Program-made: the position numbers and the translations under genes | Notes under the pieces: model-generated | Told to the model about the DNA's origin: nothing | The model's input: only the letters and a program-made list of their open reading frames with translations | Databases searched by the model: none | In this document: piece by piece, positions 1 through 7,771 of the stretch | Position numbering within the stretch: the stretch's first letter is position 1 | Layout: each line of letters opens with the position of its first letter | From: a virus | Taxonomy: Duplodnaviria > Caudoviricetes | Reading direction: 5' to 3' (one strand) | DNA length: 50,214 nucleotides | Virus record (IMG/VR): IMGVR_UViG_3300019458_000045 | Location: 1 to 50,214 of that record

Positions 1-60
1 CAAGGCCCTCCCGGCGGCGCGGACGCACTGAAGGTGTTTTCTACCCTCGCTTTCAGATAG
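1..60 (+). CDS. C-terminal end of the collagen-like tail protein (continuation of 47221..50214)
   Basis: Frame 1 reads QGPPGGADALKVFSTLAFR*. It begins with a Gly-X-Y unit matching the GPQGAQGPQGATGAQ run at the right end of the window. Confidence 0.7.
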   Translation, partial: QGPPGGADALKVFSTLAFR

Positions 61-67
61 GTGATAG

Positions 68-445
68 ATGGCGACCTCTCCGCAATTCCCCTCGACACCC
101 GTAATCGGGATCGCTCAGATTTCTACCGCGAACACGGCGCGGGACGGGACCGGAACCATTGGTACAGTTCTCACGGGCTCCACGAATGGCACAAAGGTTG
201 AGGCTCTCGTCATCAAGGCAATCGTCACGACCACGGCAGGGACCGTCCGCATCTTCATCCACGATGGGACCAACTTTAGACTTTGGCGGGAGATTCCGAT
301 TGTAGCAATTACCGTCTCGGCTACCATTCCCGCGTTCGAGACGGTCGTGCCGATAGGTATTACCCTGCCTAACAACTACTCAATCCGTGCCTCCACCGAG
401 AAGGCCGAAACGTTCAACGTGTTCGCGCACGGAGGGAATCTCTAG
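68..445 (+). CDS. small virion/tail-associated beta-rich protein
   Basis: 125 aa, Thr/Gly-rich, directly after the tail fibre gene. Its stop overlaps the next start (TAGTG). Confidence 0.6.
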   Translation: MATSPQFPSTPVIGIAQISTANTARDGTGTIGTVLTGSTNGTKVEALVIKAIVTTTAGTVRIFIHDGTNFRLWREIPIVAITVSATIPAFETVVPIGITLPNNYSIRASTEKAETFNVFAHGGNL

Positions 446-1515
446 TGTACGGGGAGTATAGTCTCAGGGATCTTCAGACCTTCTTCGACTTCCCCGGGTC
501 TAGGCTGGAAAACCCATTGCCGCTTATCGGCCTGAACCCGGACTGGGATCAGCCGCCCACAAGACGTGAGTTGTGGGGAGTGGCGAGTGGGATTGCCGGA
601 GGCAGGCTGACTTACCTTTCTTCTACCCTTATTACCTACACTCCGTTTTCGAGCAACTACATCGAGGTCAACTCAGAGCTGGTCCCGATTATCAACCCCT
701 TCGCGGGCCCAGGTGTAGTCATCGTCGGATACCCAGTGGGCATGAGCATTGGAAATGCAAGCGCGAATCATCCACTCATCGATGCAAGCGGGGCTGCGGT
801 GGCTGGAGGTGCGGCGGGTAGCACCACCTATTATGCCTATGTGTCAAACAGTAAGGCTCACTATGCCCCCAACTCGCTGAAGTTGTCTACTACTCCACCA
901 ACAAGTCCACCTTTGGGAGGATTGACTTTCGAGCATGGTCAACCAATAAGTACGACATTTGTTCAAACCGGTCGGGCGATGCTTGGGCCGTATCTCAGAA
1001 CCACCGGCAACGCGAGAAATTGGAGATTCGTAGGATACGTAAGGACCAACGCAAGCGCCCAATTTGCTGATAGCGGGACTCAGAGATTCACAATCAACTA
1101 CTACAATCGCAGAAAGCTAACTCTCACAAAGACAGAAGCAACAGCGAGCTGGACGTACACCCTCTCCTCTTTTCGTCCGTGGAACAACTCTACGGCCAAC
1201 CGAGTCGAGTTCGTCGCTAACGGCGAGGACCCCGTATTCCTACTGTTCACGGCGTACATGACGAGCAATGGGTTTGCGGTGATTGGCATTGATCTAGACG
1301 GGACAACGACTAATGATGCCGTTACCGCGTGTCCCGGAAGTGGGAGTACCGGGCCTCACCGGGGCTCTATGATCTCCACGTACAACGCCGCGCCTAGCAT
1401 GGGCTATCACTTCCTTCAGCTTCTGGAGGCTACGGATACGGGGACTATGACATTCTACGGGGCGGAATCCTCCCCGACTCGGCAAAGCGGCGCTACGGGG
1501 TGGGTGATGGGATGA
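445..1515 (+). CDS. putative tail fibre / receptor-binding protein
   Basis: 356 aa, Ser/Thr/Gly-rich, GTG start coupled to the upstream stop. Visibly more AT-rich than the core genes and in a tail-tip context. Confidence 0.55.
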   Translation: MYGEYSLRDLQTFFDFPGSRLENPLPLIGLNPDWDQPPTRRELWGVASGIAGGRLTYLSSTLITYTPFSSNYIEVNSELVPIINPFAGPGVVIVGYPVGMSIGNASANHPLIDASGAAVAGGAAGSTTYYAYVSNSKAHYAPNSLKLSTTPPTSPPLGGLTFEHGQPISTTFVQTGRAMLGPYLRTTGNARNWRFVGYVRTNASAQFADSGTQRFTINYYNRRKLTLTKTEATASWTYTLSSFRPWNNSTANRVEFVANGEDPVFLLFTAYMTSNGFAVIGIDLDGTTTNDAVTACPGSGSTGPHRGSMISTYNAAPSMGYHFLQLLEATDTGTMTFYGAESSPTRQSGATGWVMG

Positions 1516-1787
1516 GCGACCCCTACAACGCGACGACCCTAGACGCAGAGCTTCGGGCGGCGGGTCTGGAGATCCACGGATGCTCCTCACGGGGGAGGAT
1601 TGACTGGAAGAATCCTCCCACGCCGCAGGAAGAAGCGACCGCCGCCGCCGTTCTCACCGAGCACGACAAGACGAAATTGTCCACCCAGGAAGCGTTCTTT
1701 AAGAACATGAAGGCGAAGCGCAGGGCCGGGCAGTTGCTCACGCCGGAAGAGCAGGCGAAGATCATGGATATGTTTCTTGGCGTTTAA
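1512..1787 (+). CDS. putative tail fibre chaperone
   Basis: ATGA overlap with the fibre gene. Small protein with a 'RIDWKNPPTPQEEATAAAVL' segment in the usual chaperone position. Confidence 0.4.
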   Translation: MSDPYNATTLDAELRAAGLEIHGCSSRGRIDWKNPPTPQEEATAAAVLTEHDKTKLSTQEAFFKNMKAKRRAGQLLTPEEQAKIMDMFLGV

Positions 1788-1809
1788 GGATAACTAGGAG
1801 GACTTTGGC

Positions 1810-2181
1810 ATGGCATCCAACAAGCTGTTCAACTTCGGGCCCATCGCACTTACCACGACGTTGACGACGAACATCCTCAACCCGGCGGCGGCGTCGGGCG
1901 GCGTCAACGGCGGGTCGAGCGGTCAGTACATCATCCTGCGCCATATCAGGATTGTGAACAAGACCGGGTCGGCCGCGACGTTCTCGCTCTGGCGTGGCGC
2001 GACAGGTGCGAACACGGCCGGAACGGAGGTGGTCGGGCAGGCGCTTTCGGTTGCCGCCAACTCGGCCTTCGACTGGTACGGACAGATGAGGTTCGACACG
2101 GCCGATTTCCTCGTCGGGGGCGCGGGCACCACGACGGCCCTCTCGATCCAGGGCGAGGGCGAAGTCGGCGTTTCCGGGTAG
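1810..2181 (+). CDS. small virion beta-rich protein (similar in character to 68..445)
   Basis: Strong RBS (AGGAGG). Contains an 'IILRHIRIVNKTGSAATFSLW' strand pattern. Confidence 0.55.
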   Translation: MASNKLFNFGPIALTTTLTTNILNPAAASGGVNGGSSGQYIILRHIRIVNKTGSAATFSLWRGATGANTAGTEVVGQALSVAANSAFDWYGQMRFDTADFLVGGAGTTTALSIQGEGEVGVSG

Positions 2182-2268
2182 TCACCGGGCGTGCCGGATC
2201 GGAGCGTGACAGTCTAATGCCCGCAAGTCTCCGTCCGGCGGTCTCGTTATCCTTGTGGAGGTGAATCC

Positions 2269-2574
2269 ATGAGTGCTGAGGAACCCATCGTCATCAACAA
2301 GTATGGGGACGGTGACGGCCCGGAGTCCCTGACGGACGAGATCCGCGTCGAGTATTGGCGGGCCCGGTACGAGGGCATCAAGCGTGAGTACCGGGAACTC
2401 CTCCTGGCCAAGGAGGAATCCAAGCTGGCCAAGGACGAGGCGCTCCAGGATCGGGTCCGCAAGGGGTTCGAGCAGAACTGGCAGCGCAGGAAGGTCATCG
2501 TCTGCGAGCTGATCCGGCTGGGCCACGATCCCGGCGACAAGTACGTCCCACGGGCTGAGGCGAGCAACGCTTGA
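2269..2574 (+). CDS. hypothetical coiled-coil protein
   Basis: GGAGGTG RBS; 101 aa, charged and helical. Confidence 0.6.
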   Translation: MSAEEPIVINKYGDGDGPESLTDEIRVEYWRARYEGIKREYRELLLAKEESKLAKDEALQDRVRKGFEQNWQRRKVIVCELIRLGHDPGDKYVPRAEASNA

Positions 2575-3155
2575 AGGCAGTAACGTACCACACCCCTTCC
2601 TACGCCCAGTACGCTGACAAGTTCAAGGCGTCGTGCGCGGCCGTGAACCTGCCGTGCCTGGTGCGTGAACTGCCGTTCGAGTTCCAGTCCTGGTCCGAAG
2701 CCGTGCTGGAGAAGCCTGAATTCCTGTGGGAAATGCTGGTCGAGCACGGGGAAGTGCTGTGGCTGGACGTGGACAGCGAGGTACGTGAGTACCCGACGAT
2801 GGCGTTGGCCCATGACCGGGACGTGGCCGTCTACTTCGACCGCCCCGGGGACCCGTGGGCCGGGACCCTGTTCCTGCGGGACAGCGCACGGACCAGAAGT
2901 TTTCTGACGTTCTGGACCCACCTGCTGGCGAAGCACCAGCCGCCCTCCGACCAGGAAGTCCTGGACATGGCCCTGAAGTTGTCCGGTGTGTCGATCAATC
3001 GGCTGCCGCCGTCGTACCACTGGATTGAGCGCAAGATGCGGCGGCGTTTCGGAGCGGCGGTGCCCGTGATCGAACACCACATGGCGCATGGACGTACCAT
3101 CGTGCCGTGGACGGCAGGGGATCTCGGCGCAACACCGGACAGTCATGGCTCTTAG
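2571..3155 (+). CDS. GT-A fold glycosyltransferase (nucleotide-diphospho-sugar transferase-like)
   Basis: KPEF motif, DxD in 'VLWLDVDS', 'AGTLFL', 'SDQEVL', 'LPPSYHW', 'VIEHH'. TTG start overlaps the upstream stop. Confidence 0.75.
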   Translation: MKAVTYHTPSYAQYADKFKASCAAVNLPCLVRELPFEFQSWSEAVLEKPEFLWEMLVEHGEVLWLDVDSEVREYPTMALAHDRDVAVYFDRPGDPWAGTLFLRDSARTRSFLTFWTHLLAKHQPPSDQEVLDMALKLSGVSINRLPPSYHWIERKMRRRFGAAVPVIEHHMAHGRTIVPWTAGDLGATPDSHGS

Positions 3156-3342
3156 CTCTGAGGACCGCGAGTCCATCGGCAATCTCGTCAAGGTGTCCGT
3201 ATTGGAGGCCATGGCGCTTCACATCGACCAGTACCATCGTAACGGCCATAACCTGGCCAAGTGGGCCGGGGCCGTCGGTTCCGTGGTGGCCATCCTTGCC
3301 GCCATTCTAGGAGGATTGATTTGGCTGATAAAGCACGCTTAG
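3145..3342 (+). CDS. small membrane protein, holin-like candidate
   Basis: 65 aa with one C-terminal hydrophobic helix (AGAVGSVVAILAAILGGLIWLI). Confidence 0.45.
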   Translation: MALSSEDRESIGNLVKVSVLEAMALHIDQYHRNGHNLAKWAGAVGSVVAILAAILGGLIWLIKHA

Positions 3343-4085
3343 ACGGGAAAACCCGGGCCCGCGTCCTCCTCATCGACATCGAGAACCACGACCTGCACGC
3401 GGACTACGGGTGGTTCATCTGCGGCTGCTGGAAGGTCATGGGGGAGGACAAGATCCACACGGTCTCCCTGCTGGACTACCCGAAGTACATCAACCGGACG
3501 TCCAAGCACTTCTATCCCAACTACGACGCCCCGGCCGTGCAGGAGTACATCCGGCAGATTTCTGATGCAGATATCCTGGTGGGGCACTATGAAATATACC
3601 ACGACTTCCCGTACTTGCAGACCCGGGCGGTCATCCACAACCAGGATACGCTGCCGCCGGACATCCAGCTCCAGGATACCTGGAGCATAGCCAAACACAA
3701 GATGAAGTTCGGCTCGAACAGGCTGGCCTCGCTTGAGCGGGCCCTGAACATCAAGTTCCACAAGACGCAGATCCTCCCCGAGTATTGGGCCAAGGCGTCC
3801 TGGGGCCACAAGCCCAGCCTCCGGTACATCGTGGAACACTGCAAGCAGGACATCCTGGTCCTGGAAGAGGCGTACAAGCGCATCCGTGGCCTGTCCACGA
3901 CCCACCCGAACGTCTGCCTGCCCGGGGGCGTGGACGGCTGTACCAAGTGCGGGGCGGTCGGCACCATGGAGCGCCGGGGACGCCGCATCACCAAGTCGTC
4001 CATCGCGCAGCGTTACTATTGTCGGACGTGCCGGAGCTGGTCCGTCACGGCCCTGAAGCGTGTGCCTGAGGTTACGTTGAGGTAG
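3321..4085 (+). CDS. RNase H-like (DEDD/YprB-type) exonuclease with C-terminal Zn ribbon
   Basis: 'LLIDIE', 'LVGHYEIYHDFPYL', 'DTW', 'HCKQDI', then CTKC...CRTC. TTG start after GGAGG. Confidence 0.8.
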   Translation: MADKARLDGKTRARVLLIDIENHDLHADYGWFICGCWKVMGEDKIHTVSLLDYPKYINRTSKHFYPNYDAPAVQEYIRQISDADILVGHYEIYHDFPYLQTRAVIHNQDTLPPDIQLQDTWSIAKHKMKFGSNRLASLERALNIKFHKTQILPEYWAKASWGHKPSLRYIVEHCKQDILVLEEAYKRIRGLSTTHPNVCLPGGVDGCTKCGAVGTMERRGRRITKSSIAQRYYCRTCRSWSVTALKRVPEVTLR

Positions 4086-4088
4086 GCT

Positions 4089-4478
4089 ATGACCAATCGC
4101 GTTCTCTTCATGTTGGGGCTCCTGGTCGGCGTGCTGGGGTTCCTGGCCGGGTGCGGCATCATGGACACGATGATGGGGTTCGACCCCGAGACCGGGGCAT
4201 CCACTGGGGGAATCGTGGGCGCGGCCGGTACGGTGGCCTCCCCGTGGCTGCCCTGGGCGGGTGCCGCCGCAGGCTGGCTCACTTCCTTCTACGCGGCCCT
4301 TCGCGGGCGCAAGTGGAAGCGTGCCGCCAGCGTCACCTTCGACTCGCTTGAGGAGTTCCTCAAGACCCCCGAGGGTCTGGCGCTGGAAGGCAAGATCAAG
4401 GAATACCTGGCGTCTAAGCACGACGCCGCTGGCGTCTACGACTTCGTGAAGGCGTACGTCGAGCGGTTCGACCACTAG
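4089..4478 (+). CDS. lipoprotein with an additional hydrophobic segment (possible lysis/spanin-type function)
   Basis: Signal peptide ends in lipobox LAGC. Second apolar stretch GIVGAAGTVASPWLPWAGAAAGWLTSFYAAL. Confidence 0.5.
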   Translation: MTNRVLFMLGLLVGVLGFLAGCGIMDTMMGFDPETGASTGGIVGAAGTVASPWLPWAGAAAGWLTSFYAALRGRKWKRAASVTFDSLEEFLKTPEGLALEGKIKEYLASKHDAAGVYDFVKAYVERFDH

Positions 4479-4502
4479 TAGTTCCTCCCGCCCTCTCCCC
4501 TA

Positions 4503-4542
4503 CCCGGCGTCGGCTCACCGCTGACGCCGGGTTTTAATTTTT
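4503..4542 (+). terminator. rho-independent terminator ending the late/tail transcript
   Basis: CCCGGCGTC...GACGCCGGG stem followed by TTTTAATTTTT. Confidence 0.85.
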
Positions 4543-4580
4543 ACCGGGGTTGCGGCGTTATCCTGGTGGAGGATGACACG

Positions 4581-4673
4581 ATGTTGGAAAACATAATGGT
4601 GGGCGTTACCGGCGTGTTCGTGGTATTCGCTCTCTCGATAGCGGCAGTCTATTTGTTCCGGGAGGAGCAGTAG
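4581..4673 (+). CDS. 30-aa single-TM microprotein MLENIMVGVTGVFVVFALSIAAVYLFREEQ
   Basis: GGAGG 8 nt upstream; hydrophobic helix; C-terminus shared with the next ORF. Confidence 0.65.
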   Translation: MLENIMVGVTGVFVVFALSIAAVYLFREEQ

Positions 4674-4674
4674 C

Positions 4675-4749
4675 GTGGAACCCCTGCTTGCCATTCTGAT
4701 GATCGCCCTCGTGATTGCGGCGGCCTACCTGTTCCGGGACGAGAAGTAG
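4675..4749 (+). CDS. 24-aa single-TM microprotein MEPLLAILMIALVIAAAYLFRDEK
   Basis: GTG start 1 nt after the upstream TAG, with GGAGG in the upstream gene end. Paralogous to both neighbours. Confidence 0.6.
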   Translation: MEPLLAILMIALVIAAAYLFRDEK

Positions 4750-4750
4750 C

Positions 4751-4846
4751 GTGGACCACCTGCTTGCCATTATAGCCATGGTTGTGCTCACTGTCAGCGT
4801 AACCTTCGGCGTGTGTGTGTACATCACCATGAAGGATGGGGAGTAA
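4751..4846 (+). CDS. 31-aa single-TM microprotein MDHLLAIIAMVVLTVSVTFGVCVYITMKDGE
   Basis: Same TAG-C-GTG junction. Its stop overlaps the next ATG (TAATG). Confidence 0.6.
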   Translation: MDHLLAIIAMVVLTVSVTFGVCVYITMKDGE

Positions 4847-5340
4847 TGCCCCTTCACGTCCCCGTTGACCGTATCCTGTGCAACCGCATCGCGGACATAT
4901 ACCGCGAACTGACGGGGGCCAACCGCTTCGTCAAGATCCGCCCCTCGCCCTCGGCCGCCGTGGAGTTCGATAGGACGGCTACGGCCCTGGGACTTGGGTT
5001 GCGGGAGGCTATAGTTCTGTCCACCGGCCGCTTCAGCGAGGACTGGTGCCAGGAGACCTTCGGCTCGAACTATCCGCCCATCAACGTGGTGCTCGGGCAT
5101 AGCTCCAGGACGTGGCTGTCCCGCACCCAGCGCCGACTGGCCCTCAAGGAGGAGACCCCGGCCCAGCGCAAGGATGCGGCCTCCGGCATCGTGCGCAACA
5201 TCTTGTCCACCATGAAGTTGCGTGACGCCCTGACCATGGTCCGCAGCGGCCTGTGGCCAACCGATGCCAAGGTGCGGGCCATGGTGGGGGAGATCCTGGA
5301 GGCCAGGGCTGCTGGAAGGGGTCGCCGTGGGCCGCTTTAG
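4846..5340 (+). CDS. hypothetical protein
   Basis: TAATG coupling, GGGGAG RBS, phage-like codon usage. Confidence 0.6.
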   Translation: MPLHVPVDRILCNRIADIYRELTGANRFVKIRPSPSAAVEFDRTATALGLGLREAIVLSTGRFSEDWCQETFGSNYPPINVVLGHSSRTWLSRTQRRLALKEETPAQRKDAASGIVRNILSTMKLRDALTMVRSGLWPTDAKVRAMVGEILEARAAGRGRRGPL

Positions 5341-5692
5341 GTTACCCCAAAATCTCGATCCCAACTCCTTGACCGCCAAGAGGTTACGCAGCACTTTTGA
5401 GGCTCGTATCAAATCCGGCGGGGGTGGTGTCCGAGACCATGCCCGTTCGCCGAACAAGCCAAAGACCCCCCTGCAATCCGCCCTAAGTCGTTGGGACTCA
5501 GCGATTAAGGACACCGATAAGCACTCTAATACGTGCCGTAGCTGCCGAAAGAGGCGACTAAGCAAGGCCAGGGCCGTATCTACCGGCCAAGAACCGTACC
5601 GGCTGTGTGGCCGGGCCCTGGCCCTGTGGAACGCCGAGACGTCCGCATGGCGGGCGTACATACGACTGGGTGGCGGGATTCCGACGAGGTAG
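5327..5692 (+). CDS. hypothetical basic protein (H..CxxC..C possible metal site)
   Basis: Fills the gap between two coupled genes; the GTG start is inferred. Confidence 0.4.
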   Translation: MGRFRLPQNLDPNSLTAKRLRSTFEARIKSGGGGVRDHARSPNKPKTPLQSALSRWDSAIKDTDKHSNTCRSCRKRRLSKARAVSTGQEPYRLCGRALALWNAETSAWRAYIRLGGGIPTR

Positions 5693-5694
5693 AT

Positions 5695-6564
5695 ATGCTG
5701 CACAACAAGGCAAGGCGCATGAGGTCCATGGCCCGCCCGTCCGTCCAGGAGGACGGGACCGTGGACGTGGACGCCATTTCCTACACACAGATCGCCATGT
5801 GGCTCAGGTGCGGGGAGCAGTACCGGCAGCGGTACGTGCTGGGCAAGAAGGAGCCGCCCGCCGTGGCCATGGCCGAGGGGATCGCGCAGCACGCGGCCAT
5901 GGAGGCGGACAACCGGGAGAAGCTGGACCACGGCAAGACCCTGCCGACCAGCCAGCTTACGGCGATCTTCGCCGGTCATTTCGACAAGACCATAACGGAG
6001 TTTGAGGAGGCGTGCGACAGCCTCAAGACCACGCTGGACTGGGGCGGGGAGGACCGGGACGCCATCCTCCTGCGCGGCAAGAAGCACCTGGACAAGTTCG
6101 CCGCCGAGGTGACGGCGAAGATCGAGCCCGAGAGCGCCGAGGAGCCGTTCATCCGGGAGGTACCGGCCGGGGAGCACGGGGAGTCGTTCCGGCTTGCCGG
6201 GCAGGTGGACTTCACCACCAAGTCGCTGGTGGGGGACTACAAGGTCTCCTCCCGGGCCAAGAGCGACCGGGACATCAGGGAGGACTTGCAGTTGACGCTC
6301 TACTCCTGGGTCCGCAAGAAGCACCGGGTGCAGTTCGTTAACTTTGTGAAGGCGAAAGACCCATGGATTCAACTGATAGACCACGAGCGGACGCCGAACG
6401 ACTGGGCCTGGTCCCTGGAGGTGGTGAGCCGCGTGGTGAAGTCCATCCGGGCTGGCCACTTCCCGCTGGTCAACACGACGCAGTACATCGTCCCGCCGTG
6501 GTGGTGTTCGGCGGATCGGTGCGGGTACTGGGCGGATTGCAAGGGCAAGTACGAGAATAGGTGA
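5695..6564 (+). CDS. Cas4/AddB-like PD-(D/E)XK exonuclease
   Basis: 'ISYTQIAMWLRCGEQYRQRY', 'GQVDF...GDYK', 'QLTLY' and C-terminal C-x4-C-x5-C give a four-Cys Fe-S staple pattern. Confidence 0.85.
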   Translation: MLHNKARRMRSMARPSVQEDGTVDVDAISYTQIAMWLRCGEQYRQRYVLGKKEPPAVAMAEGIAQHAAMEADNREKLDHGKTLPTSQLTAIFAGHFDKTITEFEEACDSLKTTLDWGGEDRDAILLRGKKHLDKFAAEVTAKIEPESAEEPFIREVPAGEHGESFRLAGQVDFTTKSLVGDYKVSSRAKSDRDIREDLQLTLYSWVRKKHRVQFVNFVKAKDPWIQLIDHERTPNDWAWSLEVVSRVVKSIRAGHFPLVNTTQYIVPPWWCSADRCGYWADCKGKYENR

Positions 6565-6567
6565 GCC

Positions 6568-6918
6568 ATGGCGGTGAGCGAACTGGTCCAGGGCTTGTCC
6601 CAGGACTTCCAGCGGTGGGGGTTGGAGGCTGCTACCCGCGTGGCCTACGGGGTTGGCCAGTGGGGGATTCCTGAGGACAACGTTTGGATTGGCCAGACTG
6701 CCGATGGACGAATTGCCGGTTGACCTATCGCGTACGCTGCTGGCCGGATGCCAGGTCAGGATTTTGACGACATTCCCATGGATACAATCCGCTATTCGTA
6801 CATGCAGGTTGATGGTCCTATGGCAGGTCATGTCGTTTCCCTGCCTGAAGGAACTACGGCCAAGGACGTTCTGGCCGCCGCGAGGTTGGCTATCCGCAGG
6901 TTGAAGAGATCCTCCTAG
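6568..6918 (+). CDS. putative selenoprotein A1 (116 aa, in-frame TGA at 6721-6723, codon 52)
   Basis: Reads ...GRIAG*PIAYAAG...LPEGTTAKDVLAAARLAIRRLK. Homologous to 7772..8119 on both sides of the TGA; SECIS-like hairpin follows. Confidence 0.8.
6721..6759 (+). promoter_or_regulatory. putative bacterial SECIS element 1
   Basis: UGA, then 16 nt, then CUGGC-CGGAU-GCCAG (6740-6754). UGACCU can alternatively pair with AGGUCA (6753-6758). Confidence 0.7.
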
Positions 6919-6980
6919 AAGCGTGGGGGGGCCGTAAACGAGCCCCTTAGAACAGTAGGCACCCACGCTTCTAGGGGGAT
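6909..6980 (+). other. 19-bp RNA stem-loop (one G-U pair) with an internal hairpin
   Basis: ATCCTCCTAGAAGCGTGGG (6909-6927) pairs with CCCACGCTTCTAGGGGGAT (6962-6980). Confidence 0.7.
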
Positions 6981-7014
6981 TGCTGAGGAATTCACTCTTT
7001 AGGAGGATGGGCTA

Positions 7015-7368
7015 GTGCAAGATAACCAAGCAGCGGACAAGGCCCTCGACCTACTTAGAGACTTGGCGGGGGTGGTTGGAGGAACAGCAGAGAAACTCTG
7101 GCCGATGGCTGTGGAAGCGACGTGGGCTCGTGGCGTTACCCACCTTGTTTGTGGGACGGCAGGGGCATTGGTCTCCATTGGGGTAGTGTGCTTGGTATTC
7201 CGGCTGACGAGGAACCTGCATTCTGATGACAAGACAACGGCAAGGGCCGCATTCTTTTTCACTGGCCTTATTGGAGGCATCATTTCTTGTATAACGGGGC
7301 TTTCAATGGGGCTTCCTATGGTGTTGGCCCCCCAAGGTATGACGATCTTCAATCTTCTTGGACGCTAA
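7015..7368 (+). CDS. membrane protein with two hydrophobic segments
   Basis: AGGAGG RBS, GTG start, two TM-like stretches, lower GC than its neighbours. Confidence 0.65.
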   Translation: MQDNQAADKALDLLRDLAGVVGGTAEKLWPMAVEATWARGVTHLVCGTAGALVSIGVVCLVFRLTRNLHSDDKTTARAAFFFTGLIGGIISCITGLSMGLPMVLAPQGMTIFNLLGR

Positions 7369-7405
7369 GCTGGGGGAGTACTGTGAGGCGGAGGCGTGAC
7401 CTATA

Positions 7406-7762
7406 ATGACACACAAGTCCACCTGGAAGGCCGCCGAGAGGAAGGTCGCCAGGATCTTCAGGACCTCCCGCAGGCCATACTCGGGCGCGGCCGACAGCTA
7501 CGGCAAGGACGACATCATCCACGACAAGGCGTTCGTGGAGGTGAGGCTCCGCAAGTCGTTCCAGCCTGTTCGGTGGTGGCGCAAGGAAGTGGAGCCGGAG
7601 GCGAAAGAGGCCGGAAAGCTGCCGGTGCTGGTCCTGTTCCAGAAGGGGGACGGGCAGCCGTTCGTCCTGTGCCCGCTGGATGCCGACTATCTGCGCAATC
7701 TGTGGGAGTTGATCGGCACGCCGGACGTTATCCTAGCGAAGGACGACGAATCCTGCGGTTAG
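7406..7762 (+). CDS. Hjc-like Holliday junction resolvase (PD-(D/E)XK)
   Basis: 'WKAAERKVAR', 'RRPYSGA', 'DDII', 'VEVRLRK' follow the E..D..ExK-like layout; ends with 'LPVLVL'. Confidence 0.65.
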   Translation: MTHKSTWKAAERKVARIFRTSRRPYSGAADSYGKDDIIHDKAFVEVRLRKSFQPVRWWRKEVEPEAKEAGKLPVLVLFQKGDGQPFVLCPLDADYLRNLWELIGTPDVILAKDDESCG

Positions 7763-7771
7763 GGAGGAGAC

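Noticed and set aside
445-1515. Diversity-generating retroelement acting on the receptor-binding gene
   Set aside because: No reverse transcriptase and no template/variable repeat pair were seen.
2182-2243. Intergenic hairpin (GCCGGA-CGGAG / CTCCG-TCCGGC) and other stems as a tRNA or tRNA-Sec
   Set aside because: No cloverleaf, T-loop (GTTCRA) or CCA end was found; these look like simple stem-loops.
6653-6904. ORF-track 83-aa ORF, and the 60-aa ORF 7937-8119, as independent genes
   Set aside because: The first is off-frame to the conserved paralogous reading. The second is simply the post-UGA half of 7772-8119.
4606-6966. 786-aa minus-strand ORF and other long antisense ORFs (e.g. 33397-35772, 45005-47083, 47218-48963)
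   Set aside because: They are shadows of plus-strand genes in GC-rich DNA, with no motifs or RBS.
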